A stretch of DNA of 64,000 nt, taken from NCBI GenBank assembly GCA_030390025.1, contig CM059432.1:153266001-153330000 (forward strand). Direction: 5' to 3'. Origin of the DNA: Squalus acanthias (lineage: Eukaryota). Shown in pieces: positions 24,444-37,065 of the stretch. Within the stretch, counting starts at the first letter, position 1, and every line of letters begins with the position of its first letter. The notes beneath the pieces are model-generated. The model had not been told where the DNA came from and did no database searches. It was given only the letters and a program-made list of their open reading frames with translations. The translations under genes were made by a program, and so were the position numbers.

Positions 24444-25850
24444 TCCACCTATTCCATGAGCCTCAATTTTGTTAACCAGCCTTCTATGTGGTACTTTGTC
24501 AAACGCCTTCCGAAAATCCATGTAGACAACATCCATTGCATTCCCTTCATCAATCCTCTCTGTTACTTCATCAAAAAATTCAATTAGATTAGTCAAACAC
24601 GATCTGCCTTTTACAAATCCGTGTTGGCTCTCCTTAATTAGCTTAAACCTCTCCAAGTGCCCGTTAATTTTTTCCTTGATTATTGTTTCTAAAACTTTAC
24701 CCACCACTGATGTTAAACAGACCGGCCTGTAGTTACTAGGATTGTCCTTATACCCTTTCTTGAACAATGGTGTCACATTTGCCACTTTCCAATCCTCAGG
24801 CACCTACCCTGCATCTAGGGAAGATTGGAAAATCATGGCAAGCCCTTCCGCTATCTCCTCCCCCAATTCCCTTAGCAACCTGGGATGCAAGCCATCTGGA
24901 CCAGGCGACTTGTCCACTCTAAGCATATCCAGCCTTTCTAATACATCCTGTCTATCAATTTTCACGCCTTCCATTGCTTCTACCTTTTCCACTTCTACCG
25001 ATACTTTGTCAGCATCCACCTCCTTAGTAAACACCGATACAAAGTACTCATTGAGAATTCTAGCCTTGCCCTGCGCCTCTAAGCATATAGCACCTTCTTT
25101 GTCTCTAATAGGCCCCACCCCGCCTCTTACTACCCGCTTACTGTTTACATGCCGGTAGAATATTTTTGGGTCCCCTTTTATGTTAACCGCCATTCTACTC
25201 TCATATTCTCTCTTTGCCAATCTTATTTTCATCTTCACATCCCCTCTCAACTTCCTGGCTTTTGTACTCTATGCTTCTATTTATAAAATTGAGAGGTCGC
25301 ACAACACCAGGTTATAGTCCAACAGTTTTATTTGAAATCACAAGTGACCTCTCAATTTTGTCCACCCCAGTCCAACACCGGCATCTCCGCATCATGACCT
25401 CTATTTATAAAGCCCAGGATCCCATATGCTTTATGAACTGCTTTGTTAACCTGTCCTGCCATCTTCAAAGATTTGTGCACAAGCACCCCCAGATTTTTAT
25501 GTTCTTGCACCCCCTTTAAAATTGTACCATTTAGTGTGTATAGTCTCTCCTCACTCTTCCTACCAAAATGTATCACCTCACACTTTTCTGCATTGAATTT
25601 CATCTGCCATGTGTCCACCCATTCCACTCGCCTGTCTATGTCTTCTTGAAGTCTATTACTATCTTCCTCACTGTTTACTACACTTCCAAGTTTCGTGTCA
25701 TCTGCAAATGTCGAAATTGTGCCCTGTACCCCCAAGTCCAAGTCATTAATGTTTATCAAAAACAGCAGTGTTCCTAGTATTGAACCTTGGGGAACGCCAC
25801 TGTATACCTCCCTCTACTTCGAAAAACAGCCATTCACCACAACTCTGTTT
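24444..25850 (-). mobile_element. Two CR1 RT fragments in permuted order
   Basis: 25850-25251 GVPQG..FADDTKL..GFINR precedes 25250-24444 AKREYE..KSPGPDG..DKVPH on the minus strand. Confidence 0.85.
25288..25399 (+). mobile_element. Mini Penelope-type fold-back element, copy 3 (centre deleted)
   Basis: Left arm joined at 25344/25345 to the last bases of the right arm plus tail; 12-bp TSD tctatttataaa (25276, 25400). Confidence 0.85.
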
Positions 25851-25902
25851 TCTATCCCTTATATATATTATATGTACACACTAATGAGGATGTAATGACA
25901 TA

Positions 25903-26363
25903 GAAAGAAACAAAGACTTGCATTTCTATAGCGCCTTTCATGACCACCGGACATCCCAAAGCGCTTTACAGCCAAAGAAGTACTTTTTGAGGCGTAGTCA
26001 CTGTTGTAATGTAGGAAACGCGGCAGCCAATCTTCGCACAGCAAGCTCCCACAAAAAGCTATGTGACAATGACCAGATAATCTGTTTTAGTGATGTTGAT
26101 TGAGGGATTAATATTGGCCAGGACACCAGGGATAACTCCCCTGCAATTCTTCAAAATAGTGCCATGGGATCTTTTGCGTCCACCTGAGAAGGCAGAAGAT
26201 GCCACGGTTTAACGTCTCATCCAAAAGACGGCACCTCCTACAGTGCAGCACTCCACTGGAGCGTCAGCCTAGATTTTTGTGTGCAAATCTCTAGAGTGGG
26301 ACTTTGAACTCACAACCTTCTGACTCAGAGGTGAGGGTGTTACCTACTGAGCCACAACTAACA
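25903..26363 (-). mobile_element. Full-length DeuSINE
   Basis: Reverse complement of the 18692 element, with A/B boxes at the right end. Confidence 0.9.
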
Positions 26364-27188
26364 CAGCATGGAATGCAGAATGTCATCTTAGAGCCACTGA
26401 TTTTTCTAGTCTCTTTCCTTGCTTTTTATTTATATGTTCTCTATCTTTTCAGTTCTGATTTGCTGCTTATTTTACTTTGAGCCAGTCAATAAAGTGTGAC
26501 AGCTAGAGTGTGAGACAAAGTTGCCCATTAACGAGGGGATGCACTCTACGCAGAAGACTTGAAATATATTACTAGCAGATCTCCCGTGAATAAAAAACTG
26601 AAAATGCTTTAATTTACCTGTATTCTTCTCCACTGTTCATTTTGGCCTCTGATTGGATAAAAGCTGGCTCCCAAGACTCAGGGTTAGCTCAGTACAACTG
26701 AAGCAATTTCCCTTTGTACTAACAATAAGGGTGCATTGTAAACCTGGAGTCAGGGGGCTGACCTGATTCTGTGACAAGCGAGTCTCACTTTGCTTCACCA
26801 CTGGGTCAGGTCAGGTCCTGACTCTGGATTTTCACCTCAATTTTTGTGGCAGCGCAAAGCAAAACTGCTTCAGTTATAATGCACTGGCACTGCAGTGTCA
26901 TCAACGCAACCAGATCAATTTATAAGTTTACACATGAAACTAAGAATGTTATATGGCCCAAGCACAGCTGGGCAATTGACACATCAATGGTACGCTATGG
27001 GGTAAGTCTTGGGAGGCTAACTGGTGTAATCACTGCAATGAAACTTGGGAGACTTGACAGAATATTGTGAAAAAGCATGTAGTCTGACAGGACATTCATC
27101 AAATGGAACAAGGGCGAGCCTTCAAACGTGTGCATAGTAGCGGCATTTACACCCCCACGTTAATCCGTTTGGCCCCCACTGCTGAAGA

Positions 27189-27290
27189 ATATAGAATCAT
27201 AGAACGATACAGCACAGAAGGAGGCCATTCAGCCCATCATGCCTGTGCCAGCTCTTTGAAAGACCCGTCCAATTAGTCCCACTCCCCTGC
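27189..27290 (-). mobile_element. CR1 3'UTR/tail stub
   Basis: atagaatcatagaacgatacagcacagaaggaggccattcagccc. Confidence 0.7.
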
Positions 27291-30079
27291 TTTAAAATCA
27301 AAAACACATATGATTTGTCTGCTGGGAGAGACAAGATTCCTAGCGAAATTCTAAAAAAAACACTTGGCCGCATAAATTGCTTAAAAAAAAATTATAAAGC
27401 CAGCAGAAGGATGCTTTTTATTTTTTTTATTTTGCTCCATTTTATTATATGAGGTGGTAAAGCGAGGTATAGCCAGAAGCATCTGTAACCAGAACAGATG
27501 TTTTATTAGTCTGACTCTGGGGCTGTGAGCACAGAAAGGCTCAGAAAATTTGTTCTGGAGTGCCAATAGACAATTCAAGAGATTTCTTACTGCTTAAAAG
27601 TATGCTCCAGGTAGTCAGGTTCAGCGAGTGATGGTTACCGTCACATACATTTACAGTCATAGTACGGGGGAAAGAATCTTACTGTCAGGGAGAGGTGCAT
27701 TAAGCTTCACCCCTGCTGTTATGTGAACTGTTTCTGGACTGACACAGAATGCTGAAGTGTAGTTGGAACAGCTGCTGTGCTCCTAGCATAAAGGAAAGAC
27801 ATTGGGACCATTTCAGAGTAAAATAACACACTTACTCCTGTCACACTTTATTGATAAGACCCCTGCTGTTATAAAACAGCGTATCCTCTGACTCACCGTG
27901 AGCATCACCACGGGAGATCAGCGGATAAAGCAAAAAGGTCCAAAACATAGAAAATAGATGGAAAATTAAATAATAAAAATGGGAAAGAAAGAGAATGGAG
28001 AAGAAAAGAAAGGAAGGGGGAAAAGGAGCAGAGGTAGTATTTAAAATGTTGCCAGTTCTGAGGAAGGGTCTGTACCTGAAAAGGTAAACATGACTTCTTT
28101 CAGTTGTTGATATATTTCTGAGGCAGCGCAATAGATCCACTGTCACAGCTCCAGGCTCAAAACTAGAGGGTTGCCACAAACAATATTCCAAGTTTTGTCC
28201 TCACTGGATAACTTTCTCAACTTCACAGCCTTCTTGTTTAACAGGGAGTACAAAATGCCGAGTCCTGTACCACCTCACAGGACCACAGCTCCAGGACAAG
28301 TGGAGCAAGCAACAGCACTGATGGCAATTATGGAGAACTCCCTGCACCAGAATATGCTGCCTGTACAGCCTTAGAAGGTATCACAGTGCAGGAAAAGAAA
28401 ATATAAAAATAAAAGTTGAAAACTAGTTTGCCACCAAAATCATTCTAGCTTGTCTCTGAAAGTACTTCTGCCTAGAGTTACCTTCCCATTGTAAGATTAA
28501 ATTCCAAATGTATTAACTGTTCCAGATATTAGATGGAAAAAGAATACTGCTATTTTCTAGACCAAAGCCTACTAGTTAGTGTCAGAAAGAACATCTGGTC
28601 TGCTGGCCAGATGGTAGAAATGTGCTCAAATATGAAATGCTTTACCATGTGAAGATCAGAGCAGGCTTTCCCAAAAGTACTCACCTTAAGTATAAGGATC
28701 CAGCCCAGACTGCTGCTGTCTCTTGTGTGAATGGCCAAGACACAGTTGTTGATGTGAATCGGTCAGAGAACTTTTGGGCTACCAAGAAATGACAAACAAA
28801 CAGAATTTGTGTCCCTGTCATTGCAGCAATGAGCTCAGAGCAAAACAACACAAGTATTCTTCTCTTTCATGGCTGGTGAGTGTCACAATTAATATTAGAT
28901 TTGCCATTTTTGTGCCTTCATTTTTTTAAATACATATATTGAGGACCAAGACCTACAGTGTAGGGTGCCACCAGGTTGAGAAGAGTAGGAGATGATGAGG
29001 CAAATTAAGCAGTAGTGATTCTAAGTTTGGATTTTATAGGTTAGAAGGAAGACTGTCAGAGGTAAGGAGGTTTGAGGCTCTGGAAAGAATGAGTTATAGA
29101 GCACAGTACAGAGTGACAAGTCTTTATTGGAACACCGTAAGCATGTAGAGGGCAGAAAGTGTAGGCAAGCATTGACAACTCAGAAGGAACAAAAGAGGAA
29201 GGGCTATAGTATTGATAAAAATAAGAGAGCTAAGGTTGTGAAGGGGAGAAAAATTGCAGACTGGAGGTGAGAGAAGTGTCATTTATCAGACAACAAGCTT
29301 TTTCTTGCATCTTGCCCAGAAGTCTGAGAGAGGTGTTAGGAAAGACTCCTCAAGTTTGGAGGCAATATTCAAGTCTTGGATATGGTCTTTAGAAATAGTT
29401 AAAGCCACGTTTGAATTGAAATTGGAAAGCAAGCTTCTTGGAGGCAGCAATGGAAAATGGTTTATCAGAGAATACTCCCTCAGAGCACCAAAACATTTAT
29501 AATTCAGTACAGCCGGGTCTGGGAAGTCTAGACTGAAAATGTAAAGAATGGTCTGCTACCTGTCGGAGCAGGAGGTACTCCATTACAGGTAATCCCAATG
29601 ACTACACTACACTGCACACAAGTGTAGTTAATGCTGCTTTTCGCTAGCTGCATGGTGTAAGATTTCTTATCTGCAGCATTGCTGTGGCCTCATACTATGA
29701 GTATGCTCATGAAAAGAACAACGCAACTAATGGAAAACTTATACCTACACTCGCACTCAAGTAAGAGAGAACAGCTGCTCCTAGTTAGACCAGACTGTAA
29801 TATCCTCAGACAAGTACATCGCTATCTACATCTGTCAATGGTGATCAAGAACGTTCATTTTCAGATTCTGGTATTACATTACTGGAAAAAATCCATGACT
29901 TTTGAGATTTGCGAACAAATTTACAGAAAATGACAAATCCACATAAGGAAATTATTATTTCTACCTAATGGTCTATCTTGTTGATACAAAAATATAACAG
30001 GAAATGTACTTCAGTCTTTTATGAACTTTAACCTTCTGTGCCTATGTACACAGCGCTGTTTTGCACTGAGTATTAGGAG

Positions 30080-30287
30080 TGATGTTCCCTCTAATTTTTT
30101 ATCCCATGTATATCTATTATATGTACACATACACAGGGATGTAGTGACACGCAATGCAGAATGTAATAATAAGCGGTCCCTTTAAATTTGCTGCAGTGGC
30201 CACACATGCGCAGTATCATTTCCAGCGCCGGCAGCTGGTGAGTGGCCTCCGCGGGACCTCCGGCCGCGCACCTTAGGGGAAACATTG
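30080..30287. mobile_element. hAT-type MITE (aged)
   Basis: TIR TGATGTTCCCTCTAA / TTAGGGGAAACATTG; flanks attaggag/gttaggtg (6/8 TSD); related to 56633. Confidence 0.7.
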
Positions 30288-30589
30288 GTTAGGTGATAAT
30301 TAAAATAGTCCAAAGCTAGTTTACTATTTCAGTAACAGATTGGGGAACGTAAATACCATGAATTGGGGGCTTTTTACACTGGAACAGAGACAGTTAAAGG
30401 GAATCTAATGGAGGTTCTCAAAATTATGAAAGGTTTTGAGAGGGTATAAAGGGAAAGATTGTTTGCATTGGTTGTCGAATTGGTAACAAAGGGCATGGAC
30501 TCAGGATTATCACTAAAAGAACAAAGGGGACATTAGAAGGGTTATCACAAGAATATAAAAGGATATGCTGAAAGGGCAGGAAAATAGGA

Positions 30590-30660
30590 TTAGAGCAGAT
30601 AGCTCTATTAGAACAGATAGCTCTATTAGAGCAGATAGCTCTATTAGAACAGATAGCACT
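30590..30660. repeat. 18-bp minisatellite x~4 within a decayed CR1 3' end
   Basis: ttagarcagatagctcta units. Confidence 0.85.
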
Positions 30661-32342
30661 GCTACTATTGGCCAAAAGTCCTCCTTCTGTGCTGAAATTT
30701 TACAGTTCTTTGAAGTTATGACAAAGCTTTCTGCTTTCCTTAATTCTGAAAAGTTTCCTAATAAAGTCATGAGTAATGTATAATTTTCAACAAAAGTGTC
30801 TCAGACACTGACTATTTAATAAAACCTTCATAATCATCTTATGATCCTGGCATGAGTTGATGTGTCAAAAGCCACTGAACAATACATGTTGTTGATCTAT
30901 TAGTCTGCTTGTGATTACTGTCCCAGGTGTCTGGGAGTTAGCCAGTGCAGCTGGACTGTTAGGTATTAAATTTATAATCCTGCTTTGGCTTCACTTGATG
31001 CTATTCTATTTTCCTGTTTGCAGTACAATAAGATGAAACTAAATGAGGCGTTTTGTCAGCTGTAGAACACAGTGGGAGACAAGGCATTCCAAGAATCTTT
31101 CCAATGAATATCCTGTCTGTTATTACTACATCTTTAGTTTTATTTTTTCTCTCTCCAGCAAACAACGATGAATGAATTCAGGAAAAAAAACACTCCATCA
31201 ACAAGCAGGACCAGTGCCAGTGCGTAGCGTCTCGCTCTACTTTCATGTACACACCTTCTGTTTCTCTGTCCCAATCTACTCTTGCACTCAGTAATGTAGG
31301 TATCTATTCTCATTTCACTACATATGGCTTCAAATGTGAATCCCGGCATTCTACTGTTTCTTCCAACTGTTTGTCTTACACACAGTGATCACCAACACAG
31401 ATCCGCAAACTACTCCTGTGACATCACATAAACAGCTGCTGCTGCTGCCGTTAAACCACTGCTAATGTGCTCTTTTATGTTGAATTATTACTTAATCTTC
31501 TTTAAGAAAGAACTTGCATCGATACAGCGCCTTATCGCTTCACATCCCATTAAACACATCTGAAGTATAGTCACTGTTTTTCACACTAAATGTTAACTGA
31601 GAATCAAGAACCGGATTTTGTCCGTGCAGTCAGTGCTTTTCAGAGAAATGAATAGGCCCCATTTGTTTCCTTGCAAGTATCCTTGTGAATGGTAAGAAAG
31701 ACAATTGAGTCAACTCAAAATTCTGCCTCATTTTACATGACATTTTAATTTAACATGGCAATAAACAGTGAGAGCTATACTAGGTCCAGCATATATGCAT
31801 TAAAATCATATTGCTGACAGCTGGACAAAACACAGTGATGAACAATTTATTTCTTGGTGCAGCTTCACAGAGTAAACCATGTGGTCCAGATGCAAAAAAT
31901 TAAGGCCCTTCCCTATGTATGAAAAGATAAAAGGAAAATCTCCAAACTTTTGGGGTATTTAAAAATAGACTTCAGTGAATTTCACTTGGAGTAAAGTCTC
32001 ATATCAGTGAGCTGCACTCAAGTTTCTCATGAAAAGTAATGACTTTTGTAAAAAAAAAACAGAAGAACTAAGAAGTAGTTATGAGTTGAAGAAGTTAAAA
32101 TTTGAGTAGCATCACTAGATCTCCTTAAAGCTTCAGTATCAGCAAGGTATTAGATCTACCAGATCTATTATCTTCAGATGCTTGCAGCTGTGTAAGGAAA
32201 GATAGAGAGCTGAGAACAGCTCTTCTCCATTGTTGCAAATTTAAAGATCGAATAGATTCCTTTTAAACGTTTAGCTTTGAAAAAGTGGCTTAGCAGTGGC
32301 TGCAGTGATAGGCCGCACCAGCAGTGTCAGATGTCACTCAAT

Positions 32343-32760
32343 CAGCCCGCTTGATTGGCACCCCATCCACCATCTTAAACATTCACTCCCTCCACCACCG
32401 GCGTACCGTGGCTGCAGTGTGTACCATCTACAAGATGCACTGCAGCAACTCGCCAAGGCTTCTTCGACAGCACCTCCCAAACCCGTGACCACTACCGCCT
32501 AGAGGTACAAGGGCAGCAGGCACAAGTTCCCCTCCAAGTCACACACCATCCTGACTTGGAAATATATCACCGATCCTTCACCTTCGCTGGGTCAAAATCC
32601 TGGAACTCCCTCCCTAACAGCACTGTGGGAGTACCTTCACCACACGGACTGCAGCAGTTCAAGGCGGCGGCTCACCACCACATTCTCGAGGGCAATTAGG
32701 GATGGGCAATAAATGCTGGCCTTGCCAGTGACGTCCACATCCCAGGAACGAATAAAATAA
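32343..32760 (+). mobile_element. LINE family B 3' fragment
   Basis: Same ORF end and 3'UTR as 7540-8328. Confidence 0.9.
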
Positions 32761-33370
32761 ATTGGCATTGAACTGCACTTTATCTAAACCAAGTGCCCAG
32801 TATAACTCGGACAAAAGATTTCACACTAAAATTTGACACATTTACAAAAGCTAATCTGTCTTAAAATCATTTCTAATACCCACCAGCAACTGCAAATGGA
32901 TAGGATGGGAAAGTCAAATGTCTGTCCAAATGGATAGGATGGAAAAGTTGAACAGGACATGTAGTACAAATTGGAACAATGAGATGAAGCACAGAATAGG
33001 ACACAAGCCAATGGGAAAACAAGTAAAAAGGGGAAGATACAAGTCTGCTCTGTCTATTATCATCTCTCCTTAATTTGTTTTCTTTTTAAAATGTTGGGTA
33101 TTCTGGTGCATCTTGCAGCACCAAATATCATTTTTTCTGCATACAACTGTGGGTTGGCAGTATTAATATACGAAGCCCATCATTTGTAGTCACTGCAAGG
33201 TAAATTGACAGGGGCTGATAGCTTGTCGTACCATTTATCACATCCACTAAATGTGCCATGTTGAACAAACTCAAGAGTAGCTTATTGTCTGATTAATTAA
33301 TTCTGAGAGCAATTCTATCAAAAAATGTTCAAAGGAACAGTAGATTGTATTCGTTCAGATCAAATAATAT

Positions 33371-35342
33371 CATAGAATTATAGAAAGTTACAGCACGGAA
33401 GGAGGCCATTTCGGCCCATTGTGTCCGCGCCGGCCAACAAAGAGCTATCCAGCCTAATCCCACTTCCCAGCTCTTGGTCCATAGCCCTGCAGGTTAGAGC
33501 ATCCCAAGTGCACATCCAAGTACTTTTTAAATGTGGTTAGGGTTTCTGCCTCTACCACCCTTTCAGGCAGTGAGTTCCAGACCCCCACAACCCTCTGAGT
33601 GAAGAAATTTCCCCTCAAATCCCCTCTATACCTTCCACCAATTACTTTAAACCTGTGCCCCCTGGTTTTTGACCCCTCTGCTAAGGGAAATAGCTCCTTT
33701 CTATCCACTTTATCTATGCCCCTCGTAATCTTATACAGCTCAATAAGGTCTCCCCTCAGCCTCCTCTGTTCCAAGGAAAACAGACACAGCCAATCCAGTC
33801 TTTCCTCATAGCTAAGATTCTCTACTCCCGGCAACATCCTTGTAAATCTCCTCTGTACCCTCTCTAGTGCAATCACATCTTTCCTGTAATGTGGTGACCA
33901 GAACTGCACGCAGTACTCTAGCTGAGGCCTAACTAGTGTTTTATACAGTTGAAGCATAACCCCCCTGCACTTGTATTCTATGCCACGGTTAATAAAGGCA
34001 AGCATTCCGTATGCCTCCTTAACCACCTTATCTACCTGGTCTGCTACCTTCAGGGATCTGTGGACATGCACTCCAAGGTCCCTTTGTTCCTCTACACTAC
34101 TCAGTGTCCTACCATTTAATGTGTATTCCCTTTCCTTGTTAGTCCTCCCCAAATGCATTACCTCACACTTCTCCGGATTGAATTCCATTTGCCACTGTTC
34201 TGCCCACCTGACCAATTTATTGATATCTTCCTGCAGTCTACAGCTTCCTTCTTCAGTATCAACCACACAGCCGATTTTAGTATCATCTGCAAACTTCTTA
34301 ATCATACCCCCTATATTCAAGTCTAGATCATTGACACATGCCACAAAAAGCAAGGGACCTAGTACTGAGCCCTGCGGAACCCCACTGGAAACAGCCTTCC
34401 AGTCACAAAAACACCCATCAACCATTACCCTCTGCTTCCTGTCTCCGAGCCAGTTTGAATCCAACTTGAGACTTTGCCCTGGATCCCATGGGCTTTTAAC
34501 TTCGTGACCAGTCTGCCATGTGGAACCTTATCAAAAGCCTTGCTAAAGTCCATATACACTACATCAAACACACTACCCTCATCTACCCTCCTTGTTACCT
34601 CCTCAAAAAATTCAATCAAGTTTGTCAGACACGACCTTCCCTTAACAAATTCGTGCTGACTATCCTTGATTAATCCGTGTCTTTCTAAATGAAGATTTAT
34701 CCTGTCCTTCAGAATTCTTTCCAATAATTTTCCCACTACCGAGGTTAGGCTGACTGGCCTGTAATTACTCGGTCTATCCTTTTCTCCCTTTTTAAACAAG
34801 GGTACCACATTAGCAGTCCTCCAGTCCTCCGGCACCACACCTGAAGCCAGAGAGGATTGAAAAATGATGGTCAGGGCCTCTGCAATTTCCTCTTTTGCTT
34901 CGCTTAACAGCCTGGGATACATTTCATCCGGGCCTGGGGATTTATCCAACTTTAAAGCTGCTAAACCCCTTAATACTTCCTCTCTCACTATGTTTATTTC
35001 ATCTAATATTTCACACTCCTCCCCCCCGATAGCAATGTCTGCTTCGCCTCTCTCCTTTGTGAAAACAGACGCAAAGTATTCATTAAGAACCCTACCGACG
35101 TCTCCCGCCTCCACACACAGATTACCCTCATGAACTCTAATAGGCCCTACCCTTTCTTTAGTTATCCTCTTACTCTTAATATATTTATAAAACATCTTTG
35201 GGTTTTCCTTGATTTTACTTGCCAAGAATTTTTCATTCTCTCTCTTTGCTTTCCTAATATCCTTTTTAATTGCACCCCTGCACTTTCTGTACTCCTCTAA
35301 AGATTCTGGAGTATTTAGCCCTCGGTATCTGTCATACGCCTG
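33371..35342 (-). mobile_element. CR1 LINE, RT domain to 3' tail
   Basis: ORFs 34425-35375 and 33454-34464 joined by one frameshift; KSPGPD, NYRPVSLTS, GVPQGSVLGP, FADDTK. Confidence 0.95.
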
Positions 35343-35493
35343 TTTACAGCTCACACTATACATCTTTTTAATCACTCTGAAGATAAGGATCTCAGTTGCT
35401 TCAAGTGTCTATGTAATTTGGAATCTGGAATGCACTGCTTGAAAGGGCGGTGGAAGCAGATTCATTAGTAACTTTCAAAAAGAATTGGATGTA

Positions 35494-37065
35494 TAGAGTC
35501 ATAGGGGGAAAAATTCAGTTGGCTGCGCCTCCCATTAGCGCCTTAAGAGGGCGCTAATGGGGCGCAAAGCATCTAGCGCCCAGGCGCGGCGATGTTTGCA
35601 GCGCTCGCGAAATTAACTGGATATTTTGCGGCGGCGCTAAACACTACCGCCACGATCTCCTGCACCGGCAGATCGTGACGTCAGTCGAGTGCGCAACGCC
35701 CCGGTATCGTCCCGGAGCAGATATTGAGTGGCGCCCCCTGCCTTACCGCCTGACGCTAGCAACGACAGGTTGAGGGGAGCGTTTTGCAGTAATGAAGGGA
35801 CTGGGGGAGCGCTATTTAAAGGTGACCGCTTCCTGCCTTTTATTGTTGGTGCCATTTTTGAACCACGCATTCTGAGAGAGAGAGAGAGAGACTTCTGGAG
35901 AGATTCAACGTTGTGTGAAGGAGTTTTGGGTACTGTGCAGCACTTTGCAGGTTCATTTTGATTTGCCATTCCTTGTATCGATTTAGAAGAGACTGTGGGG
36001 GCTGCACTCTAAGCTCTTTCCCTGGTACTCTCCATTGTTCTTTCCAGCAGATTTGATGTGCAGGTCTCTCCAGGCCAAGATTCAAGGCTGCAATGAGCAG
36101 GATGTGGATGGAAAGCAAGATCAACCATCCCCTTTAAGAACTGTTCGGTGCCATTGTGTGTGTGTTCCATTGCTGACTGACATTACATGAGCTTCGCCAG
36201 CGCTCTGAGGTAGCGCCTCGCTCCTCGGCCTTTGCGCCTTAAGACAGGTGTGAAGCGCCTGATTTAGCGCTCCAATCACCTCCAGGGGCGATAAAAGTCA
36301 AGTTTGCAGTCGGTGGTGATAATTAGCGCCATGCGCTAATCTTTGCGCCCAGCCGATAATTGCGCCCCAAATGGGGCGATACTGAATTTCTCCCCCATAG
36401 AGTCATAACGGCACAGAAGGAGGACATTCAGCCATCGAGTCTGTGCCAGCAATCCAGTCAGTCCCATTCCCCCGCTCTATCCCCATAGCCCTGCAAGTTT
36501 ATTTCCCTCAAGTGCCTATCCAGTCTTCCCTTGAAAACATTGAGTGTCTCCACATCAACTAGTGGGAACAGCTTTTCCCCGTCTAGCCTATCCAAACCCA
36601 TCATAATCTTGTACACCTCTATCAAATCACCCCTCAACCTCCTTTGCTCTAATGAAAACAAATCCAGCTTCTCCAACCTGTCTTTGTAGCTAAGATCCCC
36701 CATCCCCGGAACCATTCTGGTAAATCTCCTCTGCACCCTCTCAAGGGCCTTCACATCCTTCCTAAAGTGTGGTGACCAGAACTGGACGCAATTCTCCAGT
36801 TGTGGCCTAACCAGTGCTTTATAAAGGTTCAGCATAACTTCTCTACTTTTGTACACAATACCTCTATTTATGAAGCCCAAGATCCCATATGCTTTGCTAA
36901 CCACTCTCTCAATATATCCTGCCACCTTTAGGGACCTATGCACATTAATTCCCAGGTCCCTCTGTCCCTGCACACTCTTTAAAACTGTGCCATTAAGTGT
37001 ATATTGCCTCTCCCTGTTCCTTCTGCCAAAATGCATCACCTCACACTGCTTTGTATTAAATTCCA
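35494..37065 (-). mobile_element. CR1 3' fragment whose tail repeat hosts MITE copy B
   Basis: ORF 36458-37066 is ORF2 C-terminus; atagagtc tail units on both sides of the MITE. Confidence 0.85.
35504..36396. mobile_element. 893-bp Harbinger-type MITE, copy B (inverted relative to copy A)
   Basis: TIR GGGGGAAAAATTCAGT / ACTGAATTTCTCCCCC, TSD ATA. Confidence 0.9.

Noticed and set aside
22340..25759. Recurrent peptide HDAEMPVLDWGGQN at ORF ends
   Set aside because: It is the antisense translation of the mini-PLE tail, not a protein motif.
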